From: Eledone cirrhosa
Lineage: Eukaryota
DNA: 64,000 nucleotides
Reading direction: 5' to 3'
NCBI GenBank assembly: GCA_964016885.1
Contig: OZ024740.1
Span: forward strand, 274,722,001 to 274,786,000
Shown: in pieces, positions 25,869-39,396 of the stretch
How positions within the stretch are numbered: position 1 is the stretch's first letter
How the letters are laid out: every line of letters begins with the position of its first letter
Made by a program: the position numbers and the translations under genes
Notes under the pieces: generated by a model
Seen by the model: the letters and a program-made list of their open reading frames with translations, nothing else
What the model was told of the DNA's origin: nothing
Databases searched by the model: none

Positions 25869-27060
25869 GGAATAATAATGGTTTCTGAAATAAACACAAA
25901 GCCAACAATTTTGAGGGAGGGGGAAATCGATTAAATCGACCCCAGTGCGTTACTGGTACTTTATTTTATAGACAACCTAAGGATGAAATGCACAGCTAAC
26001 CTCGGTGGGATTTGAACTCAGAATGGAAAGGGTCATAAATATAAAGAACCAGAACAAACACCGCAATGGCATTTTATCTAACGCTCTACCGATTCTGTCA
26101 ATCCACTATCCTTTATAATACTTTCTATCATTGACACCAGGACAGAATTTTTTTTTTTTTTTTGGGGGGGGGGGGATTCGATTAAATCTATCCCAGTACA
26201 GTGGACTGGTACTTTATTTTATCGACCTCGGAATGATAAAAGGTAAAGTTGATTTGACGGGATTTGAACACAGAATGTGTGGGAATGAATACTGGTGCTA
26301 AATATTCTACTCGAAAGCTTACCGACTTGGCTAATTGTCTGCCTACAAAACTAATAATTGTTTTCAACATAGGCACAAAACTACATATTTTTTGTATGTA
26401 TGTGTATGTGGTTGTGGAGGGGGTTAGAACAGAAGTGAGCAAATGATTAAATCGTCCACGGTGGGATTTAAACTGAGATGGAATAACGATGTAATTAAAT
26501 ACTACAAAGCAGTAGTGTGGGGCAGGGAATGCTATCACTATTGTTGCCACTCTAATGGAAAACCTAAAAAAAAAAAAAAAAAGAAATGAGCAGAAGAACT
26601 TATCTTCCATTTGGAATAGGACCAATTTTTTGAAAGGAGTCATAAATCTGATTGCACATTTCTTCATTTTTATCAATCCCTAGAGACAGATGATAGGCAA
26701 TCAACACTAGCGAGATTTGGATGTACAGTGTGAGAGTCGTTGAACTAGATAACAGCAAAGCATGTCGGCGGAGATTATATTGTTTGCCGCATGTTAATTC
26801 ATTACCGCCACACCAACAACAACAACAAAAAAGAAAACATAATCAAGACTTATAATAATGATTTCTAAATTAAACACAAGGTCACCCATGTTAGGGTGCA
26901 GACATAATAATGATATATTCGAACTGTTGATACAATCAACTATATCTGCTGCCTCACAAAAAAAAAAAAAAAAAATGAAATTCATGGAGAAATTAAAAAA
27001 ACTCTCAAACGTAAGGAAATCTGCTAAAAGAGCTGAGTACAGTTAATGACAACAGCATGT

Positions 27061-27282
27061 ACAGGGTGATCCGAAAGTCTTCTCACCCCCTACCAAAAAG
27101 TAATGAGAAACAGTTTATGTTCCCATCGCAGTATCGTCCTCTTCGGAGGAGCTGGTGAGCCGAATCTTGCAGTGAAGTCATGTCGCATATCCTCCATGCT
27201 CTTGCCAGAATACACACGATCCTGTGTCCATACACATGTAAGCAGCATCTCATCCAAACTGTAGGAGCTCTGAAATAGAAAA
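27061..27282 (-). pseudogene. Tc1/mariner deletion derivative (N-terminal HTH remnant)
   Basis: TA|CAGGGTG terminus. Minus strand translates SYSLDEMLLTCVWTQDRVYSGKSMEDMRHDFTARFGSPAPPKRTILRWEHKLF, resembling transposase N-terminal HTH (DUF4817-like). Confidence 0.65.
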
Positions 27283-27295
27283 TTATATTATTATT

Positions 27296-28148
27296 AATCC
27301 CACCGAGGTTAACTTTGCCTTTCATCCTTAAGGGGTCGATAAAATAAAGTACCAGTAATGCACTGGGATAATTGCTGGCCTTGTGCCAAAAGTAGAAACA
27401 ATTATTATTATATATTATAATATAATATATAATAATTGTTTCTACATTTGGCACAAGGCCAGTAATTATCCCAGTGCATTACTGGTACTTTATTTTATCG
27501 ACCCCGTAAGGATGAAAGGCAAAGTTAACCTCGGCGGGATTTGTAATATAATTTTATTATATATTATAATAGGGCGGGGGATTGACAGTATCGGTAGACG
27601 GTCGGATGCTATGCTTTGCAGCATAGAGTTACGCCCCTTTATGGTATGAGTTCAAATCCTGCCGATGTTAACTTTGCCTTTCATCCTTACGAGGTCGATG
27701 AAATAAAGCACCAGTAATATACTGGAATAATTGCTGGCCTTGTGCCAAAAGTAGAAACGATTATTATATATTATAATTAATGATATTATATATTATATTA
27801 TTAAAACAAAAAATAATTGCTTCTACCATTGGCACAAGGCCCGCAATTACCAGTAGATTACTGGTACTTTATTTTATCGACCCCGTAAGGATGAAAGGCA
27901 AAGTTAACCTCGGCGGGATTTGAACTCAGAATGGCAAAAAATGGCAAAAAACAAAAAATAATTGTTTCTACTTTAGGCACAAGGCCAACAATTACCCAGT
28001 GCATTACTGGTACTTTATTTTATCGACCCCGTAAGGATGAAAGGCAAAGTCAACCTCGGCGGGATTTGAACTCAGATCGTAAAGGAACGTAACTATGCTG
28101 GAAAGCATGGCGTCCGACCCTCTACCGATACTGCCAATACACCGCCCA
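27296..28148. mobile_element. SINE cluster with two tail-to-tail inverted pairs
   Basis: Approximately 27296-27410(+), 27430-27541(-), 27570-27765(+), 27812-27930(-), 27957-28148(-). Confidence 0.88.
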
Positions 28149-28699
28149 AAAAACAAAAAATGATGAAAGTTAAAACCCCCAAAACAAAAAATAATGATAG
28201 TTAAAACAATATGTGACAAGGGGTGACAAGACTTTCGGACGACCCTATAAGTCGGGTAAAAATACCTCTAATGACAGAAAACAGCAGATCTCTCAAACGC
28301 TCCCTGTCCGACGGAGAGATCACCCGTTTTGGCTCATTTCTCCCTGTCTCCCCGTATTTGTGAAAATGGGTATAGTTTTCATTAGGTAAAATCTCCCAAT
28401 TTTGCCTCATTTCTCCCCATTGTTGGGACTTTTCCCATATTACTCCCATTGAAGTTCACTATATGTATGTATGTTTTCTTTCTCCAAACGCCGTTTTCCA
28501 GCCATTTTGTTCTCGCTCCAAACTTCCTAATTCCTAAAGAAGGATATCTGTCCGATACGTTGTAACCCTCATTTACTTCTTCCCAAGCGTTAAACTAATA
28601 TATGATCGTTGTACTGTATTGTTATCCTGCGTTGTTTTCCCTTGTTCATTTTTCGCATGCACACACATATATATATATATATAAATATTCACATATATA

Positions 28700-28771
<72 letters not shown>

Positions 28772-28838
28772 AGAGCAGATTAAAGTTCAAGCAAAGAATC
28801 GCTGCTTTCTCCCTTATTTTAGTCTTCACATTTATTAT

Positions 28839-28892
<54 letters not shown>

Positions 28893-29425
28893 CTGACGCA
28901 CATAAAGACATACAAACATATATATGTATTGTGTATGTGTTTGAATCTGTGTGTGTGAGAGGGAGGGGGGAGAGAGAGAAAGTGGCGGGGAATTTGCAAT
29001 ATATGTATAAAAAAGGCTAACATTGGAAATTCCCGAAATACACATACATACCAACACATGCGTATATATATATAGTCGTACACACACGCACATACATATA
29101 TACACACAAGCATATATCCAGAGAGACAGACAGAACCAAAAAGAGCACAGCTAGTTAGGAAGTTTCAAGTACATTCCATTATGGAACTGTAAAAATATGT
29201 AAAACATTTCAGAAATTCTGCATGTAATAACTGCATATACACATATATAGATACAGAAACATGTGCACGCGTAAACATATAACGCAAAACATACAAATCC
29301 ACACACACACACGCACACGCACACACACACAAACACACACAAACACACACACATACATACGTATTTGCGAAGTTGATGATATCTAAATTCCAATGAAAGT
29401 GTCTTGTTTCTATGTTAGAAAGCGG

Positions 29426-29528
<103 letters not shown>

Positions 29529-29538
29529 TGTATATTTT

Positions 29539-29617
<79 letters not shown>

Positions 29618-29620
29618 TTT

Positions 29621-29697
<77 letters not shown>

Positions 29698-29766
29698 TAT
29701 GAAGAGAGAAGAAACATTTAGATATAATTAGTAATAAAATGTATCATACCTAAACTGCTCCTAAAT

Positions 29767-29856
29767 TCCTCGACTACGTAGTTTCGTGGCATAAACAAAA
29801 ACAATATATCATAAAGACATAGAGTCCTTGCGAGGTCTGCCGACTTATCAAGAGGA
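29767..29856 (-). ncRNA. Type I hammerhead ribozyme, U3-A8 variant
   Basis: TCCTC TTGATAA GT(c)GGCA..about 46 nt..TGCCAC GAAA CTACGTAG TC GAGGA. All three stems pair. GUC triplet. Confidence 0.85.
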
Positions 29857-30361
29857 TACCTCATTTTACTAGTCTCAAGAACGCGTCTACACGACGTGAG
29901 AAAGAATCCCAAAAGGCGGAGGGGGAGGTAGTCACGCGATATAACGGTCGAGAAACAGAGCTAAGCCTCTTATAACCCCGAAGAAAATACCACGGAGGCG
30001 GAGGGGGTATTTATATCGAGGCCGCAGAAGAGGTGGTGAAGAAGGCGAGAAGTATGAGTAATGGAAGTTTTCCAGCTGTCCCCACACTTCAAAGATTGCT
30101 CGACCAGAGGGAGTTATTAACAATATATTTAGAAACACACAGATACATGCGGACACACACATATATACATGAATGCATCCGCACCCAACTGTGAGTTAAG
30201 GGTGCCAACTTCACCGATGTTGCTCAATGAATGACTGGGACAGACCAATTCAGTTGAACTAGACTGAACCAGTATCAGAGTTAAAAATACATTATGAAGA
30301 GAGAAGAAACATTTAGATATAATTAGTAATAAAATGTATCATACCTAAACTGCTCCTAAAT

Positions 30362-30451
30362 TCCTCGACTACGTAGTTTCGTGGCATAAACAAAAACAAT
30401 ATATCATAAAGACATAGAGTCCTTGCGAGGTCTGCCGACTTATCAAGAGGA
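30362..30451 (-). ncRNA. Type I hammerhead ribozyme, second copy
   Basis: Identical motif 595 bp away. Confidence 0.85.
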
Positions 30452-30848
30452 TACCTCATTTTACTAGTCTCAAGAATGCGTCTACACGACGTGAGAAAGA
30501 ATCCCAAAAGGCGGAGGGGGAGATAGTCACGCGATATAACGGTCGAGAAACAGAGCTAAGCTTGTCTTTATGATATATTGTTTTTGTTTATGCCACGAAA
30601 CTACGTAGTCGAGGAATTTAGGAGCAGTTTAGGTATGATACATTTTATTACTAATTATATCTAAATGTTTCTTCTCTCTTCATAATGTATTTTTAACTCT
30701 GATACTGGTTCAGTCTAGTTCAACTGAATTGGTCTGTCCCAGTCATTCATTGAGCAACATCGGTGAAGTTGGCACCCTTAACTCACAGTTGGGTGCGGAT
30801 GCATTCATGTATATATGTGTGTGTCCGCATGTATCTGTGTGTTTCTAA

Positions 30849-30884
<36 letters not shown>

Positions 30885-30901
30885 TGGTGAAAATTTATAA
30901 A

Positions 30902-31972
30902 ATCATGGTTTTTTCTGATTTTTAGGCAGAAGGCCAACAATGTTTGTTGGGTTGGGAAAGTCGATTAAATCGACCCCAGTGCGTTACTGGTACTTTATTT
31001 TATCGACCCCCGTAAGGATGAAAGGCAAAACTAATCTCGCCGGGATTTGAACTCGGAAAGTAAAGAGCCGTACTACCCTGCCGATACTCCTAACCCACTG
31101 CGTCCGAAAATGTATAAAATAATGCTTTCTACTGTAGGCAAAAGACCAGCAATTGTGAGGGAAGGAAAAGTTGATTAAATCAACCCCAGTGTATTACTGG
31201 TACTTTATTCTATCGACCCCGTAAGGATGAAAGGTAAAGCTAACTTCGGTGAGATTTTAACACTGAAGAGCCGTAACTCTATGTTGCATAGCATGGTGTC
31301 GGACGCTCTACTGATTCTGCCAATCCACTGCCCTGATAATAATTGTTTCTACTTTTGGCACAAGGCCAGCAAATTACCCAGTACATTACTGGTACTTTAT
31401 TTTATCGACCCCGTAAGGATGAAAGGCAAATTTCAAATTTAACCTCGGCGGAATTTGAACTCTCGCCAAGGTTAATAATAATGATTTCTACGTTAGGCAC
31501 AAGGCCAGCAATCATCCAGTACATTACTGGTACTTTATTATATCGACCCCGTAAGGATGAAAGGCAAATTTAACCTCGGCGGAATTTGAACTCCCGCCAA
31601 GGTTAATAATAATTATTTCTACGTTAGGCACAAGGCCAGCAATTATCCAGTACATTACTGGTACTTTATTATATCGACCCCGTAAGGATAAAAGGCAAAT
31701 TTAACCTCGGCGGAATTTGAACTCTCGCCAAGGTTAATAATAATGATTTCTACTATAGTCACAAGGCCAGTAATCTTTTTTTTTTTTTGGAGAGGGGGAA
31801 GTCGATTAAATCGACCCCAGTACGTTACTGGCGCTTTATTCTATCGACCTCGTAAGGATGAAAGGCAAAGTTAACCTCGACGTGATTTGAACTCAGACCG
31901 TAAAGGGATGTAACTCTATACTGCAAAGCATGGTGTCTGACGCTCTACTGATCTGCCAATCTACCGCCCTTT
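30902..31972 (-). mobile_element. SINE cluster including a 131-bp SINE-derived tandem array
   Basis: AACCTCGGCGGAATTTGAACTC recurs at 31441, 31572 and 31703. Confidence 0.85.
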
Positions 31973-32823
31973 ATTTATAAAATAATAAAACCAGAAGATC
32001 ACACACACAGACACAGTAACAGACAAAGACTCATAAAAATAAACAACCACAAACTTCTTAAGATTTATAATACAAACAATGCGAATAAATCTTTGAAATT
32101 TCTCATTAATCATTACAAACCGGCTACATACGAAATATATGAATCAGCAGAATGTAATTCTGTTTGGATTAATCCTTTTGTCTTTAAATAGTAGATGAAT
32201 GGTCCGGACTCCCACGTACTCAAACGAATAGAATAGAGGAGTAAAACCACTCGTTACCTTGATAAACAACTTATATCCAAACCTCAGTAAATCAATCAAA
32301 GAATAAATATTTAATTAAAAGTCAGAAAAAACAGCAACAAAGTAAGACTAAATATTTTGTTTTTGTTTTGTTATGCTGTTATCATTGTAATTTCTATTAT
32401 ATCGTATGCCTAACTCAGTTGGTATATCACGAGAGCTCTAATTTACATAAACTAGAAGAGTTCCAATACAAAAGAGATCTAGGTTACATGAGAATGTTTG
32501 GTATAAAGAAAATAGGACAGATCAGTGCAGACTAAAGTAAAAATCACATGCAATTGGAAATCTGGTGCATCAACTTATTTTAATGAATTTTCATTTTCAT
32601 TTGAAGTTATTTGCCTTGCTTTAGTTAAACCTTGTCCAATATTGTTTACCTCTCCTCAACAGTGGTATATTAATTTAAACATAGTATACATACAGCTAAT
32701 TCTATCTCTGCATTGCGTGAATAGCGATCACATACAACAATATACACTCTTGACAGTGGCAATGTGTCCGAAAACAGAAGAGCCGAACTCCCACTGTCAT
32801 CTCCCCCATCTCTCTCACCCACC

Positions 32824-33045
32824 CTATCTTTCTATATAGTAAGCAAATGGGGTCCCACGTTCTGGCCGCCCCACAGCCCCGGCGGACAGAATGGAGAAGG
32901 CGTTTCTTCCCCGGAGGATGGTAAGGGAGATACGCTGGAAGAGCCGTTCCATCTTGCGATGCTCACACCTGCGGCTGGCCAGCTCAGCGCCTATGGTGGT
33001 GAGTAGAGAGGTAGCCCTAGGGCCAAGGACACCACACCAAACCTG
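32824..33045 (-). pseudogene. CRE-clade retrotransposon 3' fragment
   Basis: GVLGPRATSLLTTIGAELASRRCEHRKMERLFQRISLTILRGRNAFSIL. Confidence 0.7.
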
Positions 33046-33394
33046 TCTCCACTGCAAACCTGTCGGAGAGGGACCGGTAATTGGAGAGTTTGACCTCCTC
33101 AGCCCGGATTTAAAGTTATCATGTTCACCACATCAATATGGTTAGAATATTTTCTTTTTTATTATAGTTAAAAGAAAATTTATTTAGTTCAACAAACAGA
33201 TATATACATAATTTTTACAGATAAATAGAAATATAATAGTAACATTATCAATAAAAAGAAATAGAAATATAATAACACAATGCTTACAGAACGAGAGCAC
33301 AAACAAATAAAATACAAAGGAAGTGGTGGACAACCGAGGCAAACCCAGAGTAAAAGATAACAGTACTGCGAGGAGCACTAACCTCTCTAATGAT

Positions 33395-33568
33395 TCTTGA
33401 GGCAAGTCAGCACGCTCGCAGCGTTACCTCGGGTGATAACCAGGCTGATGCATTGGAACAACCAAGCGCCTTCGTGAGATTCGCCAGTTACCTCTGTTAG
33501 GGGCGGGCTGCCAGTGAAGATAGGAATCTCGCAGTCAGCAGCCCGACTCCTCCGAACGTCTCGCTAGA
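33395..33568 (-). pseudogene. CRE-clade retrotransposon 3' fragment
   Basis: SETFGGVGLLTARFLSSLA / TEVTGESHEGAWLFQCISLVITRGNAASVL (one frameshift). Confidence 0.7.
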
Positions 33569-33892
33569 AATTATTTCATAATTCTTTCACAGGTTTCACA
33601 GCGCTGGACGAACAGGCCTAAAATCATAATCATTCTAACCCCGTCCATTCCGTCTCTTTTTCTCCGACATTATGTGGATTGGCAGTATCAGTGGAGCGTC
33701 GGACAACATGCTTTATGGCATAGAGTTACGGTCCTTTACGATCTGATTTCAAATCCTGGCATGGTTAGCTTTGCCTTTCATCTTTACGGAGTAGATAAAA
33801 TAAAGTACCAGTCACGCACTGGTGTCGATTTAATCGACTTTCCTTTCCCCTCAAATTGCTGACCTTGTGCCTAAATCAGAAACCATTATATA

Positions 33893-34061
33893 CCGTATTT
33901 CCCGGTGCCGAAGACGCTTCATCCTCGAGGATGCACCCTAATTTTGACAACGAAAATTTTGAAAAAAAGCAATAAACAACCTTCGGCCTCCAGAACGCAA
34001 TGGTAGATTTTTTAGACTTATTTTAGGAATAAAGTAGCGTCTTCGACGCCGAGAAATAAGG
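33893..34061. mobile_element. pogo/Tigger-like MITE
   Basis: TA|CCGTATTTCCCGG..GAAGACGC TIRs. Second copy at 39397-39564. Confidence 0.8.
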
Positions 34062-35835
34062 TATTTCGGATTACACTCTAATGTGTTATTCCTCACCTTT
34101 GTTTAGGACAGTAGCATAAGTGTATTACTCCTATCATGTTTGTGGTGTGCAGACGTTCATAATTTTCTGACAAAGATTTTTCGGACATTTTTTAAGAGTG
34201 GTACAGCTCCACCTCCACGCATCACTAGCAACAAGCCACTGGGCAGTAGGATATCACTTACGGGAGATTTAGTTGTTATTTCTAGCTAGTTGTGAGATAA
34301 CGTAGAGCAGGAGTGAACAACATTTCTGTTAATGTCTGTCTCAGACTAAGTAGCTCCTAGATCGGCCAGAGCTTTCCCCGGGTGAATTGCAAAGTTTTTG
34401 GTACACAACTTTGTTGAGAATAAATTTAATTTTAGAAATTGATACCTATGCAACTAATGTAAAATTACTATTTTAATTTTAAAAGCTGAAATGTTTTTTG
34501 TTTGTTTGTTTGTTTATTTTTTCGTATGGGTTTTTTAAAGTTTCGGAAACGGGAAGTTTCAGTTTTTAACGTAGGTGATATAGGCTCGCAATATCTGACA
34601 TAGATGCTCCTTCGTTTACTCAGGGCTAGTTTATTTATTCAAAAATTCTGATTTCGAATCTTACCACGATTGACTTTGAATTTTCCTTCTTTCAGGTACC
34701 TTGAATGAAGTCAGTAGAAGCTATCGCTGTTGTTTAACACCAGACAAGCCTTAATCGACCAGATTTGTGTAACAGCGTTGTAGCAGTGATCATTTTTTTT
34801 TCTTTACTTTTATTGTAAGGTGTTAGGTTGTAACACGAAAGAGATTTTGTATACTATTCCTAGCGAAGCAAATAACTACTATACATAAAGACTTTCTCGC
34901 TTTCCTCATGGTGATTTCAAGAACATGCGCGTTGTTATTGCATAGCCTCCGGTCAACTCTGATCAAGCAAACTTATATTTAGCCTCAGGTTAGTTCTGAT
35001 CGAACAGATGCATGAATAAAAACATTACAACCGAGACTATCAAGTCCTTCTCTTAATTATAGATATATTCGACCTGATTATCCAATGAGTCCTTCGTTGT
35101 TTAACCCTTTAAATACAGTAGTGACAAGAAGTGATTTGATCGGCATATACCGATCAAATGATTCCGATTAAACATTCATTAAACAATATCAATTTTCACG
35201 ATATGTTTGCGACCAATATTATCTAAACTATTAAGATAGTAAGGTGGGATTTGAGTAAGATTTGGCTGCTATTTTTAGTAGATTGATTGGCGGAATTCGC
35301 GATTTTTCTTTTTAATTTGTAGGATTTTGAGAAAATATACTGGCGCACTTTACAAAGAAAGTTGAAAAAATATGTATATTTAGAAAGAAAAGGAAAAGGA
35401 AAGAATCAGATTTTCTTGATTAGATCAAGGGAAATATGTTTCCATAGTTCTTTCCATTATGAAACTATCTCTTAGTCGCAACTCCTGGCAGAAGCATCAT
35501 TCCTTATTTGGCAATAAGAGGCAGGATTTGAATACATAGAGTCAGAATAGGGCCGATGCTTTCACAAATCCGATAATCCACTATTCTTTGATTAGTACTT
35601 TATTTATCGACTCCAAAAGGATGAAAGGTAAAGTTGATCTCGGTGCGCTTTGAACTTAAATTTGAGCTTCAAAAATGAGAAGTGTTTAACTCTTAATCAC
35701 AATCGAATTTGAACGTCGATCTACTGAATATTGGTAACTCAATTTTTTAATCTTTGTACTTCATTTACATTCTAGTATATGTTCACCATTCACTCCATGA
35801 TTAACGCTCTTAATAATTAATGAGTTCCTCTAAAT

Positions 35836-36035
35836 TAGCGTTTCTCAACATTTTTGTCATTGTGGAACCCTTGAAATAGTTTTTTTTATGTCTCAGGGAA
35901 CCCTTGCATAAAAAATTATTATCTACTATTATTACTAAAATATGCATTAGCTTATTTGTCACTGTTTGTCACGGAACCCCTAGCGACCTCTTACGGAAAC
36001 TTATTGTTCCTCGGAACACCGGTTGAGAAACGCCG
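35836..36035. mobile_element. hAT/Charlie-like MITE
   Basis: TAGCGTTTCTCAAC / GTTGAGAAACGCCG. Degenerate 8-bp TSD CTCTAAAT/CTCTGATT. Confidence 0.7.
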
Positions 36036-36317
36036 CTCTGATTTATCACTCTTGTTTGTTTTCTTGTATTTTTACAAACAACTACACCGTTTAACGTGCA
36101 AGCGAAAATCTTAATTTCCTTTGTCTTCGTAAAATGTCAGTTTTTTAAGAAGAAAAAAAAATGACTCATTAATCTAACGTATAACTATTATCGATCAAAG
36201 CGGGAAATTAGACGCTGTGAAGTACCGTATCTTTCCATACATATTACCAAAGGACATGAAATAAAATTATTTCAATCTGGAATCGAAACCATCTAGCATT
36301 CTAAGCTCATCAAAACA

Positions 36318-36484
36318 TACAAGGGTCGGCTGAAAAGTTCATACTGATCAAGATACTCTCATGGAATGACCAAATGAGGTTTATTTATTTTTCAACAGAG
36401 TCCTCGGAAGAAGACAATAGAGTTATCAATAAGAAGAGTTGAAATTATTGCCAGTAAGAATGAACTTTTCAAATGACCCTCGTA
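36318..36484. mobile_element. mariner-like MITE
   Basis: TACAAGGGTCGGCTGAAAAGTTCAT ... TGAACTTTTCAAATGACCCTCGTA. Confidence 0.75.
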
Positions 36485-37130
36485 CTTATTGTTTTACAAC
36501 GCTTGCTATCTTAATCAGTTTAAAATGTATTTCATTGATATCATTAAAGCGTAGGGAATGAGTCTAGTCGATCGAGTCAGCTTTAGACAACGACTATTAT
36601 TTGTTATTGATCTGTGTAGGTTTTCGGTCAAAAACATAACAAGATAAGTTATACATACTGTTATGTATAACTCACTTCTTTATGTTTTTAACTTCCCATG
36701 GGAATCTGTGATGTGATATTGCGTATTTTCTCTTGTTTAGGAAGTTCTTTTAAATGTATTTATTACATAAATAAAGGGACTACAGTAATTAATACCACGT
36801 TATTAGCCGAAAAGACAAAGAACAGAGCCCAATTTTTATTTTTTCAAAATCGTAACAGCAGATGTACACCAACTAGCGCATTGATTGTAGTTTTCTTTAC
36901 CTCATAATAATTTTCATCATTCTGGTTGCCATTATTTCGGAAGTTTATTACGGCCCTTTACGGACTGAGTTTAAATCCCTCCAGAGTTGACTTTGCCTTT
37001 CATCTCTATGGGGTCGATAAAATAAAGTACCAGTAATGCACTGGGATAATTGCTGGCTTTGTGCCAAAAGTAGAAACAATTATTTCGGATGTTTACTATC
37101 GCAGGTACGTATTCAAATAATTAATAATTT

Positions 37131-37581
37131 AAAGACCGATCAGTTTCAAAAAGCCGGTACAATGCGGTAAAAATATACGAAGGGCAAAGGATAACAAATA
37201 AACAAAGCAAAGTAATGTTTTACACAGTATATTTCAACATGGTATTTCGGGGCCAGTACACTCTTTTCAAATGTGAAACAGAAACGGTTAAAACAAAAAC
37301 AAACGATTAATGTGTTCTTCCTTAACTGGTACATGTGTCTGAAATACGAAACGCGCGAAGTAGATTGGCTACTATAACCACTTTGCGCGTACATATTTCA
37401 GACACATAGGTCAGTTAAGGATGATCACATGGATTGGTTCTTGTTTTGAACCGTTTCAGCTTCACATTTGAAAAGAGAGTTATAACCCTGAAATATCATG
37501 TTGAAATATGTTGGCTAAAACATTGTTTTATTTGTATATTTCTACCGCATTACACCGGCTATTTGAAATGTATCGGTCTTT
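37131..37581. mobile_element. Diverged fold-back element (about 215-bp inverted arms)
   Basis: AAAGACCGAT..TTTCAAA.AGCCGGT mirrored by ACCGGCTATTTGAAA..ATCGGTCTTT. Complementarity continues to a short centre near 37360-37381. Confidence 0.7.
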
Positions 37582-38945
37582 TGTTGCATATCTAACAATG
37601 CTTCGTATTAACTATACTAATTGCTATTTATTTTTAACAGAGGCGTATGATCCCAAATTTAAAGGAGGCGAGGTGTAGTCGGTTTTATGTTCCTTGGAAG
37701 AATAAAAGGCAAAGACGAAATTTGAAATCAGTAATACTGTCCTTCTCCTGATTGGACCTATCCAATTGAACCTCCAGAAATGTTTTCTGATTTAGGCACA
37801 AGTCCAACAATTTTGGGAAAGGTAAAGTCGATTAAATCGACCCCAGTGCGTGGCTGGTACTTTATTCTATCAGCCTCGTAAGGATGAAAAGCAAAGATAA
37901 CCTCTTTGAACTCAGACCGTAATAATAATGCTAGATACGTTTGTCTAGGCACGGGTCAAAGGTTGTTTTTTCTGGAGTTTTTTTAAGTTAGACTTATATA
38001 TTTATTAAATTGTGCCAAATATATTCAAAGTCTACTAGCAGTAAAATCCACATAGGTAATACGAAGATGACATTTATATTCTTTGTTATAGACTTGTCAC
38101 CTGTTTTACTATTAGAGGACTTGTTTATTATTTTAATCTTTGCGCCAAAACGAAAGTGAACACGTTCTAGAAAGAGCTACACCCAGTTGTATACCCCTCT
38201 TTCTCTAGAAAAGCTTTGCATTAGCAAATACAGATTTACTTCTTTTCACCTTTAAATGGGACTATGTTATTAACATTACTGAAAACGGTCGAAAGACTCA
38301 AGTACCAGTAAATGCTTTAAACAATCTTAACTATGGAATGGAATCTATGATATTATTCTGAACTATGTTTGTAAAGCTTTATAAAAATCTTAATACCGTG
38401 TACTATTTCCTTATTCCCATATTAGAGAAAAGTGCACATGACTAGACTGGTACTCACATTACTTGTCAATAAAGTACTTTAGCTTTCCCATAGAGCTGTG
38501 GATTCTTAAAGTATATATCAGTAATATATGTATATATCATAAGCCTTCGTGTTTTTCTACCGCATTGTCTCACAATACTTTATATAAACTACACTACATT
38601 GTATAATATTTATATCTCACTTAATTGTCTCTCGTATAATAGAAATGATATAAATGTTAGATGTAAATAAACTGTCTTCAATTCCGTTCTATAGTTTATC
38701 AATCGTGTTACGAAAATTATATTGTTTATAATAGATATATGTTGTTTGCTTTCATAGTTTACAAGTCAATTGCCTCATGAATAATAAATATACCGTATCT
38801 GCTGGCCTATTGAACGATCTTTCGTATAAGTAGCTCCCTGGTTTTACGAGGACATATTTCTTCATAAATTTAGTAAAAATTATTTCATTGTTTTGATCAG
38901 AACTCAACATTTTGTTTAAATAACTTGTATTATTGTATTAGTAAT

Positions 38946-39185
38946 CGGTGGATTGGCAGTATCGGTAGAGGGTCGGACGCCATGTTTTCCAGCATAGTTA
39001 CGTCCCTTTGCGGTCCTAGTTCAAATCCTGCCGAGGTTAACTTTGCCTTTCATCCTTACGGGGTCGATAAAATAAAGTACCAGTAATGTACTGGATAATT
39101 GATGGCCTTGTGCCAGAAGTAGAAACAATTATTGTATTAGTAATATGGCCTTGTGCCAGAAGTAGAAACAATTATTGTATTAGTC
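38946..39185 (+). mobile_element. SINE with duplicated 3' end
   Basis: GGCCTTGTGCCAGAAGTAGAAACAATTATTGTATTAGT repeated in tandem. Confidence 0.9.
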
Positions 39186-39396
39186 ATATTAATAGTAATA
39201 CAAACTAAATTTCTTTAACTATGATTGTCCTTGCCTTACGTTCGGCCTCCCATCGGTGATATGGTCGTATTGGACGCAGGGAATATTTTAAAATATGTTT
39301 TGGGGAAAAAGTGTGTCCAATGTGCCGACAAATACGGTAAATATTGTGTGCATAATAGATCGTCTTAGACTTCATTTTATAGCTAACCGATACATA

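Larger units (their letters stand above)
29692..30854 (-). mobile_element. Retrozyme-like element: 595-bp tandem unit plus terminal inversion
   Basis: 29692-29966 repeated at 30287-30561. 30563-30854 is the reverse complement of 30123-30414. (TA)n on both sides. Confidence 0.85.

Noticed and set aside
26590-26682. Exon-like stretch IDKNEEMCNQIYDSFQKIGPIPNG (minus)
   Set aside because: Non-canonical donor/stop and no recognisable protein.
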